This document shows, piece after piece, positions 32,121 to 41,580 of a DNA stretch of 64,000 nucleotides. This DNA is from Candidatus Buchananbacteria bacterium (GTDB taxonomy: Bacteria; Patescibacteriota; Patescibacteriia; 2-01-FULL-39-33): positions 7,392-71,391 of the forward strand of contig JBAYFY010000003.1 of the NCBI GenBank assembly GCA_041666945.1. Reading direction: 5' to 3'. A program made the position numbers and the translations under genes. Below the pieces are notes generated by a model. The model was given only the letters and a program-made list of their open reading frames with translations. It had not been told where the DNA came from and did no database searches. Position 1 is the stretch's first letter; the number at the start of each line of letters is the position of its first letter.

Positions 32121-32581
32121 AATTCCTCCTGTTTAATATATCGCCCCGTCGGATAACCGCCGATTTGATATTCCTCAACATACCCGGGCTTCAACCGATG
32201 ATCAATCCAAATGCCGTAGATATATTGACAACGAAAATAACTCTTATGAGCCACTTCCAACTTCCAATCAATCACCTCAAGCCAGGGTTTAGCCGATTCA
32301 AAATTATTAACGACATTCAATATCCTGGCTGCTTCAGAAGTATTGATTCCTGTGATATCTGAATAATCATACCCCCAACCCAACTGGATCCAGGAGTGAT
32401 TACCAACGGTAATCGTCTTCTCAATAGGATTAATGACTACCTGCTGCTGCTGTTCATCTGTTTGTTTCGGATCTTGAGCGCAGGAGGCGCACACGATAGC
32501 GCACATGGTCAAAACAATCATAACAACAGTAACTAAACAGGAGACGATGCCGCTCAAAATTTTCCAATCTTTACTCTTCAT
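32117..32581 (-). CDS. Predicted lipoprotein (154 aa)
   Basis: GAAGGAG RBS. Signal peptide with a Cys-containing lipobox-like segment (IVCASCAQD). First gene after a consensus promoter. Confidence 0.55.
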   Translation of the reverse strand: MKSKDWKILSGIVSCLVTVVMIVLTMCAIVCASCAQDPKQTDEQQQQVVINPIEKTITVGNHSWIQLGWGYDYSDITGINTSEAARILNVVNNFESAKPWLEVIDWKLEVAHKSYFRCQYIYGIWIDHRLKPGYVEEYQIGGYPTGRYIKQEEL

Positions 32582-32646
32582 TGTAAAGTTCTCCTTCAGC
32601 CGTTACAGCCGAATTCAACTCGGGCTGATTCCCGAATTAATGTATA

Positions 32647-32675
32647 ATTATAGCAAATTTACATATTTTTGTCAA
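32647..32675 (-). promoter_or_regulatory. Perfect consensus sigma70 promoter (TTGACA, 17 bp spacer, TATAAT) driving the lipoprotein operon
   Basis: Minus-strand reading TTGACAaaaatatgtaaatttgcTATAAT. The -35 is at 32670-32675 and the -10 at 32647-32652 (plus coordinates). Confidence 0.5.
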
Positions 32676-32854
32676 TACCTTTATCCACAACCGCTATTTA
32701 TCTAAATTTAAATATATTTCCCCGAGGCAAGCCCGAGGGAATAGTGTGACTTGCGTACTAAATAGCTCGGCAAGCCGAGCGGTATTTGACTATATTGGCG
32801 TCGCTCGCTCGGAATCCAGCGCCTTGAAGCGCTGGTTCACTCGCTCACTAGCCA

Positions 32855-32893
32855 ATAAAAAATCGTCTAACTAAAAAAGCCAGACGATTCTTT
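32855..32893 (-). terminator. Terminator after the 143-aa membrane-protein gene
   Basis: AATCGTCT-(13 nt)-AGACGATT hairpin with flanking A/T runs. Confidence 0.45.
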
Positions 32894-32905
32894 ATAGTAT
32901 GATCT

Positions 32906-33337
32906 TTATTTGATCTTCTTCCGTAAACCGAAAAAATACACTAATGTCATTACCACCCAATAAATACCGCCAATAAGGGACAAAATCCAACCAAGAATAG
33001 GAATGACGGCGACTAAACTGCAAACAATCGGGACCAAAACCAAAATATAAAACCATTTTTTCTTGTCCTCATTAACGGCGGTAAAAGCGGCTTTATCGGT
33101 CATGCCCCAATGGTAGATATTGATTAAACTTAAAACAGCCAAAACAATGCCAATAATTGCAAAAACAACGCCAAAGATAGCCACAACGCCCATTATGGCG
33201 CCTAATCCTCCTCCCATCATGGCATCGGCGCCGGCCGGCAATTGAGCTTTGGCCGCTTCCATGGCCTGGCGTTGCAATTCTTGCAACTGCGCCGCATCAG
33301 GCATCGCTCCCGCGGTCTGTAACACGAATGCGAACAT
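32906..33337 (-). CDS. Hypothetical integral membrane protein (143 aa, 3-4 TM)
   Basis: Hydrophobic helices (GAIMGVVAIFGVVFAIIGIVLAVLSL; FYILVLVPIVCSLVAVIPILGWILSLIGGIYWVVMTLVYFF). Upstream of the por operon. Confidence 0.5.
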   Translation of the reverse strand: MFAFVLQTAGAMPDAAQLQELQRQAMEAAKAQLPAGADAMMGGGLGAIMGVVAIFGVVFAIIGIVLAVLSLINIYHWGMTDKAAFTAVNEDKKKWFYILVLVPIVCSLVAVIPILGWILSLIGGIYWVVMTLVYFFGLRKKIK

Positions 33338-33371
33338 ATTATCACCCCCTTTCCTTTATAAATATAATTAA

Positions 33372-34262
33372 TTACAATAACCCGAACTTTTTAATATTCT
33401 CTTGGCAAATCTCCTGCATTTTTTTCAATTCCGCTTCCGCTCCGGGTTTGAATAAATGCTTGAAGCGTTTTTGCAATTTTAAAAATTCTTCTACCGGTTT
33501 CTGTTGCGTGATTTTCATTTTTCCCGACAACTCGCCGTTAATATATTCCACAATCGGGTAATAACCCGTCTGCACAGCCAGTTTAGCGACATTAACCGTG
33601 TCTTTGGGATTTATCCCCCAGCCCGGCACGCACGGCACATAAAGTTGCAAATATTTCGGCCCCTTAACGCTTAGCGCTTTTTTAACTTTAGCGATTAAGT
33701 CAGCGGGATAACCCACGGTAGCCGTGGCCACATAAGGCACGTGATGCGCCAAAGCAATGGCGATCATATCTTTCTTGCGCGTCGGATTGCCAAAAGATTC
33801 TTTGCCGGCCGGAGCGGTAGTGGTGTTAGCATCAAGCGGCGTTGAGCCGGATGTCTGATAGCCGGTGTTTTGGTAGGCCTCATTATCGTAACAGACATAC
33901 AGAATATTATCGCCTCGTTCCCACATGCCGGAGATATGCCCCAGGCCGATATCAAAAGTCGCGCCGTCGCCGCCGACCGCCACCACATTAACATTTTCTT
34001 GACCCTGCTTTTTTAAGGCGGCCAGAACACCGGTCGCCAAACAAGCGGAATTTTCAAATAATGAATGAATCCAGGGGATCTTAAAACTGGTCATGGGATA
34101 TTGCGTGGTTGTTACTTCGCTGCAACCGGTGGCGTTAGTCATAATGCTGTTTGGGCCGATGGTATCGGTCAACAATCTGGAGGCGATAATCATGCCGCAG
34201 CCGGCGCAAGCCGAGTGTCCAGGATTTAAAATATGCGATAATGGCGCTTTATATTTTTTCAT
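33372..34262 (-). CDS. porB: 2-oxoacid (pyruvate):ferredoxin oxidoreductase beta subunit (TPP-binding). Start trimmed to MKKYKAP.
   Basis: GCGMIIASR, VAVGGDGATFDIG (TPP GDG motif), Cys cluster. The ORF track start overlaps porA by 50 nt; the internal ATG at 34262 removes the overlap. Confidence 0.8.
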   Translation of the reverse strand: MKKYKAPLSHILNPGHSACAGCGMIIASRLLTDTIGPNSIMTNATGCSEVTTTQYPMTSFKIPWIHSLFENSACLATGVLAALKKQGQENVNVVAVGGDGATFDIGLGHISGMWERGDNILYVCYDNEAYQNTGYQTSGSTPLDANTTTAPAGKESFGNPTRKKDMIAIALAHHVPYVATATVGYPADLIAKVKKALSVKGPKYLQLYVPCVPGWGINPKDTVNVAKLAVQTGYYPIVEYINGELSGKMKITQQKPVEEFLKLQKRFKHLFKPGAEAELKKMQEICQENIKKFGLL

Positions 34263-34266
34263 AAAA

Positions 34267-35400
34267 TTATTTTCCCACAAAAATTGTTTGCTCTTTGGCG
34301 GTTCTGGCCAAGTCAATCGTCTGCTTAATCATCTCTTTGGTAATGTCGCGGCCGCCCAGACCCATAATCGCGCCCACGATCTTGGCTTGGCTCCGGCCAT
34401 AGAAAGCGCGGCGGAGTTCTCCGGCCAAAATTCCTTCCTCGCCGAGCGATACTGATTTGTCAACCACTAAAATATATTTTTTCCGGCCGATCAATTTCAA
34501 TAATTCTTCCGTTGGGAAGGGCCGCAAACTGGTGACTTTAACCACTCCGACGGCGTTTTTTTGTTCCAATTCATCCACGGCTTCCTTAATCGTCCCCAAA
34601 ACGGAGCCCATGGCCACTACGACCGTATCGGCATTTTTACCGCCATAATAATCAACCAAAGAAAGCGCGCGGCCAAAAACTTTCTTAAACTCTGCCATCT
34701 CTTTGGCGATTAATTTTTTGCTGGCCGCCAAATCATCATGCAACTCCTGCCTGATCTCCATATAATGCGCCGGCGTGGCGAAAGCGCCGAAGGTCAGAGG
34801 ATTTTTGACAGCTAATTTTTCGGCCGGTTTGAAAGCCGGCAAATATTTTTTAATCAATTTCGGTTCGGCGATATCCACCGGCTCCACCGTATGAGTCAAA
34901 ACAAAACCGTCCAAATTCACCATTACCGGAATCAGGCACTGCTCGGCGATTTTAAAAGCCAACAGATGCAAATCGCAAGTTTCCTGATTATCTTCGCCAT
35001 AAAGCATGATCCAACCGGCATCGCGCATAGTTACGGCGTCCTGCTGATCATTCCAAATATTTATCGGCGCGGAAACGGCGCGATTGGCATCAGTCATGAC
35101 AATCGGCAAACGCATGCCCGCGGCATTGAATATCACTTCGGTCATAAGCAACAACCCTTGCGAGGAAGTGGCGGTATAAGTCCGGGCGCCGGCGGCTGAA
35201 GCGCCGATTAAAATAGACAGCGCGGCGAATTCGCTTTCCGCGCGGATATACTCGTAATCCGCCTCGCCGTCGGCTTTGAGCTTGGCCAAATCCTCAACAA
35301 TATGCGTCTGAGGCGTAATCGGATAGGCCGAAATCACATCAACGCCGATATTTCTAATTGTCTCCGCGATCGCCCGCGATCCTTCTAATATTTTTTTCAT
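34267..35400 (-). CDS. porA: 2-oxoacid:ferredoxin oxidoreductase alpha subunit
   Basis: MKKILEGSRAIAE...SAYPITPQTHIVE... is typical of the PorA/VorA N-terminus. 377 aa. Confidence 0.8.
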   Translation of the reverse strand: MKKILEGSRAIAETIRNIGVDVISAYPITPQTHIVEDLAKLKADGEADYEYIRAESEFAALSILIGASAAGARTYTATSSQGLLLMTEVIFNAAGMRLPIVMTDANRAVSAPINIWNDQQDAVTMRDAGWIMLYGEDNQETCDLHLLAFKIAEQCLIPVMVNLDGFVLTHTVEPVDIAEPKLIKKYLPAFKPAEKLAVKNPLTFGAFATPAHYMEIRQELHDDLAASKKLIAKEMAEFKKVFGRALSLVDYYGGKNADTVVVAMGSVLGTIKEAVDELEQKNAVGVVKVTSLRPFPTEELLKLIGRKKYILVVDKSVSLGEEGILAGELRRAFYGRSQAKIVGAIMGLGGRDITKEMIKQTIDLARTAKEQTIFVGK

Positions 35401-35401
35401 A

Positions 35402-35677
35402 TTATTTTCTTTCCTCTCGCATAATTATGGCTTTAACCGGACAAACCTCGGCGCATAAGCCGCAACCCTTGCAATAATCTAAGTCCTTTTCATAAAAAAA
35501 CTTACCGGCTGAATTCTTCTCGCCGACTTTGAAACAAATTCCTTCCGGACAAATCAAATCGCATTGTCCGCAGCCGATGCATTTTTCATGATCAATCTCC
35601 GGATAATGCTGCTCGCGCCAGTTGCCGGTTTTGACCTGGCTGGTGGTGCCCGGTTTAGCGGTTAGCGGTAATTTCAT
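35402..35677 (-). CDS. porD: 2-oxoacid:ferredoxin oxidoreductase delta subunit (2x[4Fe-4S] ferredoxin)
   Basis: CIGCGQCDLICPEG and CKGCGLCAEVCP motifs. 91 aa. Confidence 0.8.
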   Translation of the reverse strand: MKLPLTAKPGTTSQVKTGNWREQHYPEIDHEKCIGCGQCDLICPEGICFKVGEKNSAGKFFYEKDLDYCKGCGLCAEVCPVKAIIMREERK

Positions 35678-35705
35678 AAGCTATGATGAATAGATTATTT
35701 ATAAA

Positions 35706-36248
35706 TTAATTGTTGGCTATGACCTCAAAGCCCCTTTTGGCGGCGGCGATATTTTTTTCCGCGATTTCTCCTTCAAACCTTTCGGCAATGGCGCGTTCAA
35801 TCGCCGGTAATTTTATCAGCCCGGTCAGGCCGGCAAAAGCGCCCAAAAAAATCGTATTGATAATCGGCTTGCCGATTACTTCCAACGCCAAACCCGAAGC
35901 GTTAATGGTTTTAACCCTCACTCCGGCCGGCACTTTCAACTCCCCTAACGGTTTGGAAGAATTGATCAGGACAATGGAACCGTTCTTTAAGTCGCTTAAA
36001 ATTTTTTCATCCGTCAGCAAAGTCGGATCTTGAACAATCGCGTAATCCGGCGAGTACACCTGACTGCGCAAACGGATCGGTTTGTTATCCAAACGCACGA
36101 AAGCCATCACCGGCGCGCCGCGCCGTTCCACGCCGAAACTGGGAAAGGCCTGCGCCTCCTGACCGGAATAAAAAGCGGCTTCCGCCAAAAGTTCCGCCAA
36201 AGTGACTGATCCCTGGCCGCCGCGGCCGTGTATTCTGATTTCCGTCAT
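35706..36248 (-). CDS. porG: 2-oxoacid:ferredoxin oxidoreductase gamma subunit
   Basis: IHGRGGQGSVTLAELLAEAA matches the PorG N-terminus. 180 aa. Gene order G-D-A-B is the canonical por operon order. Confidence 0.8.
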   Translation of the reverse strand: MTEIRIHGRGGQGSVTLAELLAEAAFYSGQEAQAFPSFGVERRGAPVMAFVRLDNKPIRLRSQVYSPDYAIVQDPTLLTDEKILSDLKNGSIVLINSSKPLGELKVPAGVRVKTINASGLALEVIGKPIINTIFLGAFAGLTGLIKLPAIERAIAERFEGEIAEKNIAAAKRGFEVIANN

Positions 36249-36250
36249 AA

Positions 36251-37117
36251 TTATTTGATGCTTTTATATAGTTTAATCAATTCTTCCCATTTAGCCAAAG
36301 GAACCGCTCCCTCTAACTTCTTGCCGTTAACATAAAATGTCGGCGTGCCGCGCGCGCCCAAATCCAGAGCGTCAGCGATATCCTCTATCACTTTTGACTG
36401 ATATTTCAATGACGTCAGGCAGTTATTGAATTTCGCCAAGTTAAGACCCGAGGCCTTGATGATGGCGTTGAATTCCTCCTCGTTATTGAAGTTGCCTTGC
36501 TGAAGGAACAAGCGGTCATGGAGCGGCCAGAACTTGCCTTGTTCTTGGGCGCAATAACCGGCTTGCGCCAATATCATGGAGTCGTCGCCCTTGACCGGAT
36601 AATTGCGGAAGATAAACAGAATGTCTTGCTCGTATTTATTGGCAATGGTTCGGATAACGGAAAATTCTTCCTGGCAAACGGAGCATTGAAAATCGGCGAA
36701 CTCCACGATCACCAGTTTAGCGTTGATATTTCCCAAATACGGCCGGTCCGTCTTTTCCGCTTTCTGCCGCGCCGGGTCTTTCTCCGTGGAAGAACTGACG
36801 CTAACAGCCGCGGCCGCAGTCGCGTTATTAATAGTGGAACTGACGATGTTTGCAAACAGCGCTTCGGTGGCGGTTGACTGGGTCATGACGCCGCTGGGAA
36901 TCTGATCTAATAATTGTTCTAATAGCGGATTGCCCGCCAAAGTTTTCTCGCCTTCAGCTTGTCCGGCAAAGTCCAGCACTTCACGCAGCTGCCGTTCCCG
37001 CGAGGCCACTTCAACGACTACCAGAGAAAAAAAACCAAGCAGCGCCAAGCTGGCTACGCCAAGTAAAATTATTTTCCACCAGTGGCGGCGGCGGTTGTCA
37101 ATCGGCTGATAATCCAT
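36251..37117 (-). CDS. Membrane-anchored DsbA-like thiol:disulfide oxidoreductase (thioredoxin fold, CxxC)
   Basis: N-terminal TM. FADFQCSVCQEEF CxxC motif. DsbA-family C-terminal helix pattern. Confidence 0.65.
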   Translation of the reverse strand: MDYQPIDNRRRHWWKIILLGVASLALLGFFSLVVVEVASRERQLREVLDFAGQAEGEKTLAGNPLLEQLLDQIPSGVMTQSTATEALFANIVSSTINNATAAAAVSVSSSTEKDPARQKAEKTDRPYLGNINAKLVIVEFADFQCSVCQEEFSVIRTIANKYEQDILFIFRNYPVKGDDSMILAQAGYCAQEQGKFWPLHDRLFLQQGNFNNEEEFNAIIKASGLNLAKFNNCLTSLKYQSKVIEDIADALDLGARGTPTFYVNGKKLEGAVPLAKWEELIKLYKSIK

Positions 37118-37212
37118 AATCGCTATTCTGATTATAGCAATTTATGCTCCTAATTGCCACCTCTTGCTTTTTCCGGCTCAAGAGCTATAATTCATAAATA
37201 ATCCATAAAACT

Positions 37213-37407
37213 ATGCCAAACCCGGAAAACAACGACAGGGGCCGCTTCGTTTATACCAGAAAAAACGGCGAAAAAATATATGAGGCCACGCCGGCGCCCG
37301 AACAGCCCGGTCAAGTGGAAACGCCCGAATGGGAAAAAGATTTCCATCAAAAATACAGCGGGATTGGTTCTGATTTAAAAAGAAAAAATAAAACCGTTAA
37401 CGATTAA
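37213..37407 (+). CDS. Possible small ORF (64 aa) in the divergent intergenic region. Weak call.
   Basis: ORF only. No convincing RBS. Lies between divergent genes and ends at the shared terminator. Confidence 0.2.
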   Translation: MPNPENNDRGRFVYTRKNGEKIYEATPAPEQPGQVETPEWEKDFHQKYSGIGSDLKRKNKTVND

Positions 37408-37432
37408 CCGGAAAACACTCTCCATACGGCTG

Positions 37433-37470
37433 CGAAAAATCCTCTTGGCAAATCAAGAGGATTTTTTGTT
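37433..37470. terminator. Perfect bidirectional terminator whose stem also encodes the C-terminus (KNKKSS*) of the AT3 acyltransferase
   Basis: AATCCTCTTG-GCAAAT-CAAGAGGATT (10-bp perfect stem) with a 5' A-run and a 3' T6. Confidence 0.55.
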
Positions 37471-38652
37471 TTTTGATTGAAGCAAAGGCAAATCAACCAG
37501 CCGACCAAACAACCAGCCCAAAAGCAATAAACCGGCGAGCCAAAGAACGGTTAATGACGCCGGAGGCAAAAATTCCAGCCACTCGCTGTAACGGCTGATG
37601 AGCGGCCAATGCAACAGATAAATTTCAAAAGAATAAACGCCGAAAATTTCCAACAGGACGAACTTGGTTTTTTTTAAAATAAAAATTAGCGCCAGGCACA
37701 GCATGGTAAACAGAGCGAACAATTGCTCGCGCCAAATCCCCTGGCCCACCCCAGAATAGTATGCGGTATAAATAGCGGCGGCCGCAAGAATTATTATCAG
37801 ACCCAATCGCCCATAATTAGGCCAGGATTTAAGATAAAGCAAAAATTCCGCCAAGGGCTTTCTCTCTTTTGCTCTCTCCAGCCAAGACCTGAATTTTCTT
37901 GCCGCCAGCCAAGGCCAGCAGCGATCACGACGGGAGCATGACTGGCAAATCTCCCGAGAGGAAACTAAAAACACGGCGGACAAAACACCCAAAGGAAACG
38001 CCAAAAAATGCGTCTGGTAAAATTTCAAAACCTGTTCGGACACGGGCCAACCGGGCCAAAGCGCCAAAAAGCTTATCGCGGCAATCAGCGCTACGGAAAG
38101 CCGCGGGTGCCGAGGCCGAAAAACGACAGGAAACAATAAATAATAAAATATCAGCGGCGTCAGAAACCATAACGGCGAATTGAGCGAGGTCCACAAATTG
38201 GCCGTCGGAAAAAACCCGGCGAAAGAAAAAACAATCTCTTTCAGCGGATAAAAACGGTTGAGCAACCAGGCATCCAAACCCAAAACCAAAACCAAAGACA
38301 GCCACAAGGGCCAATAAATTTTCACTATCCGCTTCTTGTAAAACTGCCTAAACGGCTTCGGCCGATAAATAGCCGAGGCGGCCAAGCCGTAACCGGACAA
38401 AAAGAAAAACAAATTGACCGCCACGCCGCCCCAAATTCCTAAGGGGAACAAAAAATCAGTGCCATAAAACTGGCCATAAGTCAGATGGGCAAAAATTACA
38501 CCCAAAATCGCCAAGCCGCGCAATTCATTGGATACTTCCTTGGGCAAGGGAGCGCTAACGGTCTTGCGGCGCGCCGAAATAAAAATCGCCGCGCCCAAAA
38601 TCGCTATAAAGATAGCGGTTTGGCCGGCGAAATAATTATTGGATAAAATCAT
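37453..38652 (-). CDS. Acyltransferase family 3 (AT3/OatA-like) integral membrane acyltransferase
   Basis: 399 aa, about 10 TM. LRGLAILGVIFAHL...FFFLSGYG is the conserved AT3 N-terminal pattern. Confidence 0.7.
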   Translation of the reverse strand: MILSNNYFAGQTAIFIAILGAAIFISARRKTVSAPLPKEVSNELRGLAILGVIFAHLTYGQFYGTDFLFPLGIWGGVAVNLFFFLSGYGLAASAIYRPKPFRQFYKKRIVKIYWPLWLSLVLVLGLDAWLLNRFYPLKEIVFSFAGFFPTANLWTSLNSPLWFLTPLIFYYLLFPVVFRPRHPRLSVALIAAISFLALWPGWPVSEQVLKFYQTHFLAFPLGVLSAVFLVSSREICQSCSRRDRCWPWLAARKFRSWLERAKERKPLAEFLLYLKSWPNYGRLGLIIILAAAAIYTAYYSGVGQGIWREQLFALFTMLCLALIFILKKTKFVLLEIFGVYSFEIYLLHWPLISRYSEWLEFLPPASLTVLWLAGLLLLGWLFGRLVDLPLLQSKNKKSS

Positions 38653-39382
38653 AAATCAAATCAGCCCATAAGGCATAGCCCTTGTCCGAGGGGTGAAATC
38701 TGTCCGGCGAATAAACGCCGGAGTCGGCGGTTTGGTCGCCGTTAAACGGTTTGGTCGAGGCGCTATGCAAATCAATTAATTCCACTCCGGCGGTTTGCGC
38801 CACTTCGGCGATAATCGCGTTATACTCCTTAAGCTTCCACTCAAAATACCAATTGTAAGGCGGCAACACCAAATCCCTGGCGCCCAAATAGGGCAGGTTG
38901 ATCAGATATATCCGCGCTTGGGTGGTTTGTTGCAATGATCTGACTGCCGTTTCCAGATTGCTCTGGAATTTTTCCCGGGGCACGAAATTATGCAGATCGT
39001 TGGTGCCGATAAACAAGGTAATCATCTGGGGCTGCATTTGTCCGGCATCAATGATTTGGCCGGTCAAAATATCAAAACTGGTGGCTCCGGGCACGCCCAA
39101 ATTATTGACAATGACCTGCACTCCGGCGGCCGCGGCTATTTTTTGCGCCAAAGACCCGGGCAGAGAAGCGGCGGCGGAAGTCGCCCCGACGCCGGCCGTC
39201 AAAGAATCGCCTATGGCCACATAAGTCATTCTTTGCCCTTTTTCTTCAGTCATATAGTTTTTTTCTTCCGGCGGCGCTATTAATTCAAATTTGGAATAAA
39301 CATAAGCATAAGCGCGATTGAGGTATAAACCGACAACCGCCGCGATGATCAGAAAAATAATTATATTCTTGGGCTTAGCCAT
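38636..39382 (-). CDS. SGNH/GDSL hydrolase (OatA C-terminal-domain-like), secreted or membrane-anchored
   Basis: YVAIGDSLTAGVG (block I GDSL). FIGTNDL. DxxH (RFHPSDKGY) near the C-terminus. N-terminal TM. Overlaps the AT3 gene by 17 nt. Confidence 0.7.
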   Translation of the reverse strand: MAKPKNIIIFLIIAAVVGLYLNRAYAYVYSKFELIAPPEEKNYMTEEKGQRMTYVAIGDSLTAGVGATSAAASLPGSLAQKIAAAAGVQVIVNNLGVPGATSFDILTGQIIDAGQMQPQMITLFIGTNDLHNFVPREKFQSNLETAVRSLQQTTQARIYLINLPYLGARDLVLPPYNWYFEWKLKEYNAIIAEVAQTAGVELIDLHSASTKPFNGDQTADSGVYSPDRFHPSDKGYALWADLIYDFIQ

Positions 39383-39481
39383 GATTTCATCTTAGCAAAT
39401 TGAGGGCAAAAAAACAAAAACCGACAGAATAAAAAACGTTGCCGTAAAAGGCAACGTAATTGGCCGATCTTAATTAAATGA

Positions 39482-40135
39482 TCAGGTAATTATTGTAGCT
39501 AAAGACCGCAGTTCGATTAAGGCCTTGTCTCGCATCTGGATAAATTCCGATTTGAGTTGGGGAGACAACTCCGATTCCAAATCGGCATTATTATAAATGC
39601 AGCATAATGCTGAAAAAACAAGCCTAAGTTCATCAGTTCTCATTGACAAAATGATTGTTGTAACATCACTGTTATAGAACTTTTGCGTTTTTTGTTCAAT
39701 TGTTCTCAATAAACTTTGCCGGATAGTCGCATCAGCATCAATCTCCGCTAATTCCGGATCATCCTTCCGATCATTATTGCGACTGGCGCAAATAAGCATG
39801 ATATCGGAAACAATCATTAATTCTTCCAAAGTGCTGGCCGTTTTAACCAGGGAATCTATAATGACTCGCTCCCAATCCCGGCCTGAATAAACTTTCCGAT
39901 AAAGCTTGTGCCAATCGGAAAAAGAACTGGCAGTTTCCATTAAGCGATGCTTAAGCGGATCGGTAAACAAATCAAAATCGCCGAAATTAGAATGAAAATG
40001 TTCCAGATATGCTTCCAAATCGGCAAAAGTCAAATTCTTCAAAAAACTTTCAATTGAAATAAAGCGCTTCTCGGCAATCTTGTAAGCCATTCTCAAACCG
40101 ACCAAATCAACCAGCCGCTTAACGCTCATAGCCAT
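39482..40135 (-). CDS. Hypothetical protein (217 aa), predicted helical
   Basis: ORF with coding-like composition. No recognisable motif. Confidence 0.45.
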   Translation of the reverse strand: MAMSVKRLVDLVGLRMAYKIAEKRFISIESFLKNLTFADLEAYLEHFHSNFGDFDLFTDPLKHRLMETASSFSDWHKLYRKVYSGRDWERVIIDSLVKTASTLEELMIVSDIMLICASRNNDRKDDPELAEIDADATIRQSLLRTIEQKTQKFYNSDVTTIILSMRTDELRLVFSALCCIYNNADLESELSPQLKSEFIQMRDKALIELRSLATIIT

Positions 40136-40302
40136 GATGCGTCTCCTTTTGTTGCGAGGAACTATCCGTTATCCTCTGTTTTAATGTGCCAACATGCCGG
40201 AATCAATGCAATCATCGTATATTACTAAATGGCAATGATTATGTCAAGGCCGGATTGAACAAAAATTACCAACAGGCGGAATCCGGGGGAACTTTATTCG
40301 GT

Positions 40303-40737
40303 CTACAAAAATTTAGCCCAATAAACGAACGGGCCATAATTTTCCAAACCGCCGTATTGGGAACAGGCGTTTAACATCAAAGAGTTGCCGGGATTCACAA
40401 AAAAACAGGCCGAGTTCGCCCCTTTTCGCCTTAATCTTTCCAAAGCTTCCTCCGCCAGAATCTTACCGATTCCCCGGTGACGATACTGTGGCAATACTCC
40501 CAAACGATAAACGTAAGAAATGTAGAAATCAAAAATAATCACCACGGCGCCAACAATTCTGCCCCCTGATTTAACTACTATTATGGATTCGGGATCTTGT
40601 TGGATTTTTTTTCTAAGCGATTCGCGCTTATCGCATTCGCCGTAAAATAAACCGCATTCCTCCCAAACAGCTTTGACTTCATCAAAATCCTCGTCAATAT
40701 AATTAACGACGGTTATCTGCGGTTCCGTATTTGGCAT
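40303..40737 (-). CDS. GNAT family N-acetyltransferase
   Basis: VLPQYRHRGIGKILAEEALERLRRKGANSA (motif A, R/Q-x-x-G-x-G/A). Confidence 0.7.
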   Translation of the reverse strand: MPNTEPQITVVNYIDEDFDEVKAVWEECGLFYGECDKRESLRKKIQQDPESIIVVKSGGRIVGAVVIIFDFYISYVYRLGVLPQYRHRGIGKILAEEALERLRRKGANSACFFVNPGNSLMLNACSQYGGLENYGPFVYWAKFL

Positions 40738-40828
40738 TACTTGTTTCCTCCTTCTTAATTTTTTTCAATTGGCAAAGTGCTGAAAAGACACTAAAATATT
40801 ATATCAAAACAGCGCGAGAGTCAAACGA

Positions 40829-41044
40829 TTAATCTTCAAATTCAAACAGTTTGTCGATTTTGGTCTTGAGTGTTTGGGCGACTCTATGCGCCAATTCCAG
40901 TGACGGATTATATTTCCCTTGTTCCAGAAACACGATCGTTTCCCGCCTGACGCCGACGATTTCCGCCAACTCCTCCTGCGTTAAGCCGAACTTGGCGCGT
41001 AATTCTTTGATGTGATTTTTCATATTGGCGCTGTTTATTTGCAT
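40829..41044 (-). CDS. XRE-family helix-turn-helix transcriptional regulator (start at MQIN or MKNH; the ORF track start is over-extended)
   Basis: [45 protein letters not shown] is a classic HTH_XRE. Confidence 0.6.
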   Translation of the reverse strand: MQINSANMKNHIKELRAKFGLTQEELAEIVGVRRETIVFLEQGKYNPSLELAHRVAQTLKTKIDKLFEFED

Positions 41045-41580
41045 TCCGTTTTCGGAGCGGGAAAATCCGGCTGGCCGTGCTTGACCCATTCGCCGTTCTG
41101 GCACAGCCAGTTGTCTTCGCCGGAAAACAGGCGCAAAGCGAACACGGCTAAAACCAAAAACAGAATAACGATCAAAACGATATAAAGCGATTTCTTATCG
41201 GTCAATTTTATTTTATTGTAATAGCGATAAATCACGCTGTAAAGCAACATCAGCAAACAGGTGGAAAAAGCCAAAACGATGGCGATCGGCTCGTAAGCCG
41301 GATTAATGTCCCGCAGAGCATAAAAAATAAACATGGCGATTGTCGCCGTCCAGGCATAGATTTGAATCGCCCACAAAGCCGCCCGGCCGCCGGTCAGGTA
41401 ATCCCTTTCATCGGCGATAACCTCTTTGACCTGCCGCCGCAAATACATCAAGACCAAAGAAGCGACGATTAAAACGGCGATCGGCAGAATATAATTTTTA
41501 AAAATAATCGCCTGGCTGAAAACAATCGCCAAAATGACGACCGTTCCCAATCTGATTTGCTGGTAACGTTTAAGAGTCAT
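41035..41580 (-). CDS. Four-TM membrane protein genetically paired with the XRE regulator (DUF2975-like arrangement)
   Basis: 181 aa with four hydrophobic helices. Immediately upstream of and overlapping the HTH gene. Confidence 0.55.
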   Translation of the reverse strand: MTLKRYQQIRLGTVVILAIVFSQAIIFKNYILPIAVLIVASLVLMYLRRQVKEVIADERDYLTGGRAALWAIQIYAWTATIAMFIFYALRDINPAYEPIAIVLAFSTCLLMLLYSVIYRYYNKIKLTDKKSLYIVLIVILFLVLAVFALRLFSGEDNWLCQNGEWVKHGQPDFPAPKTECK

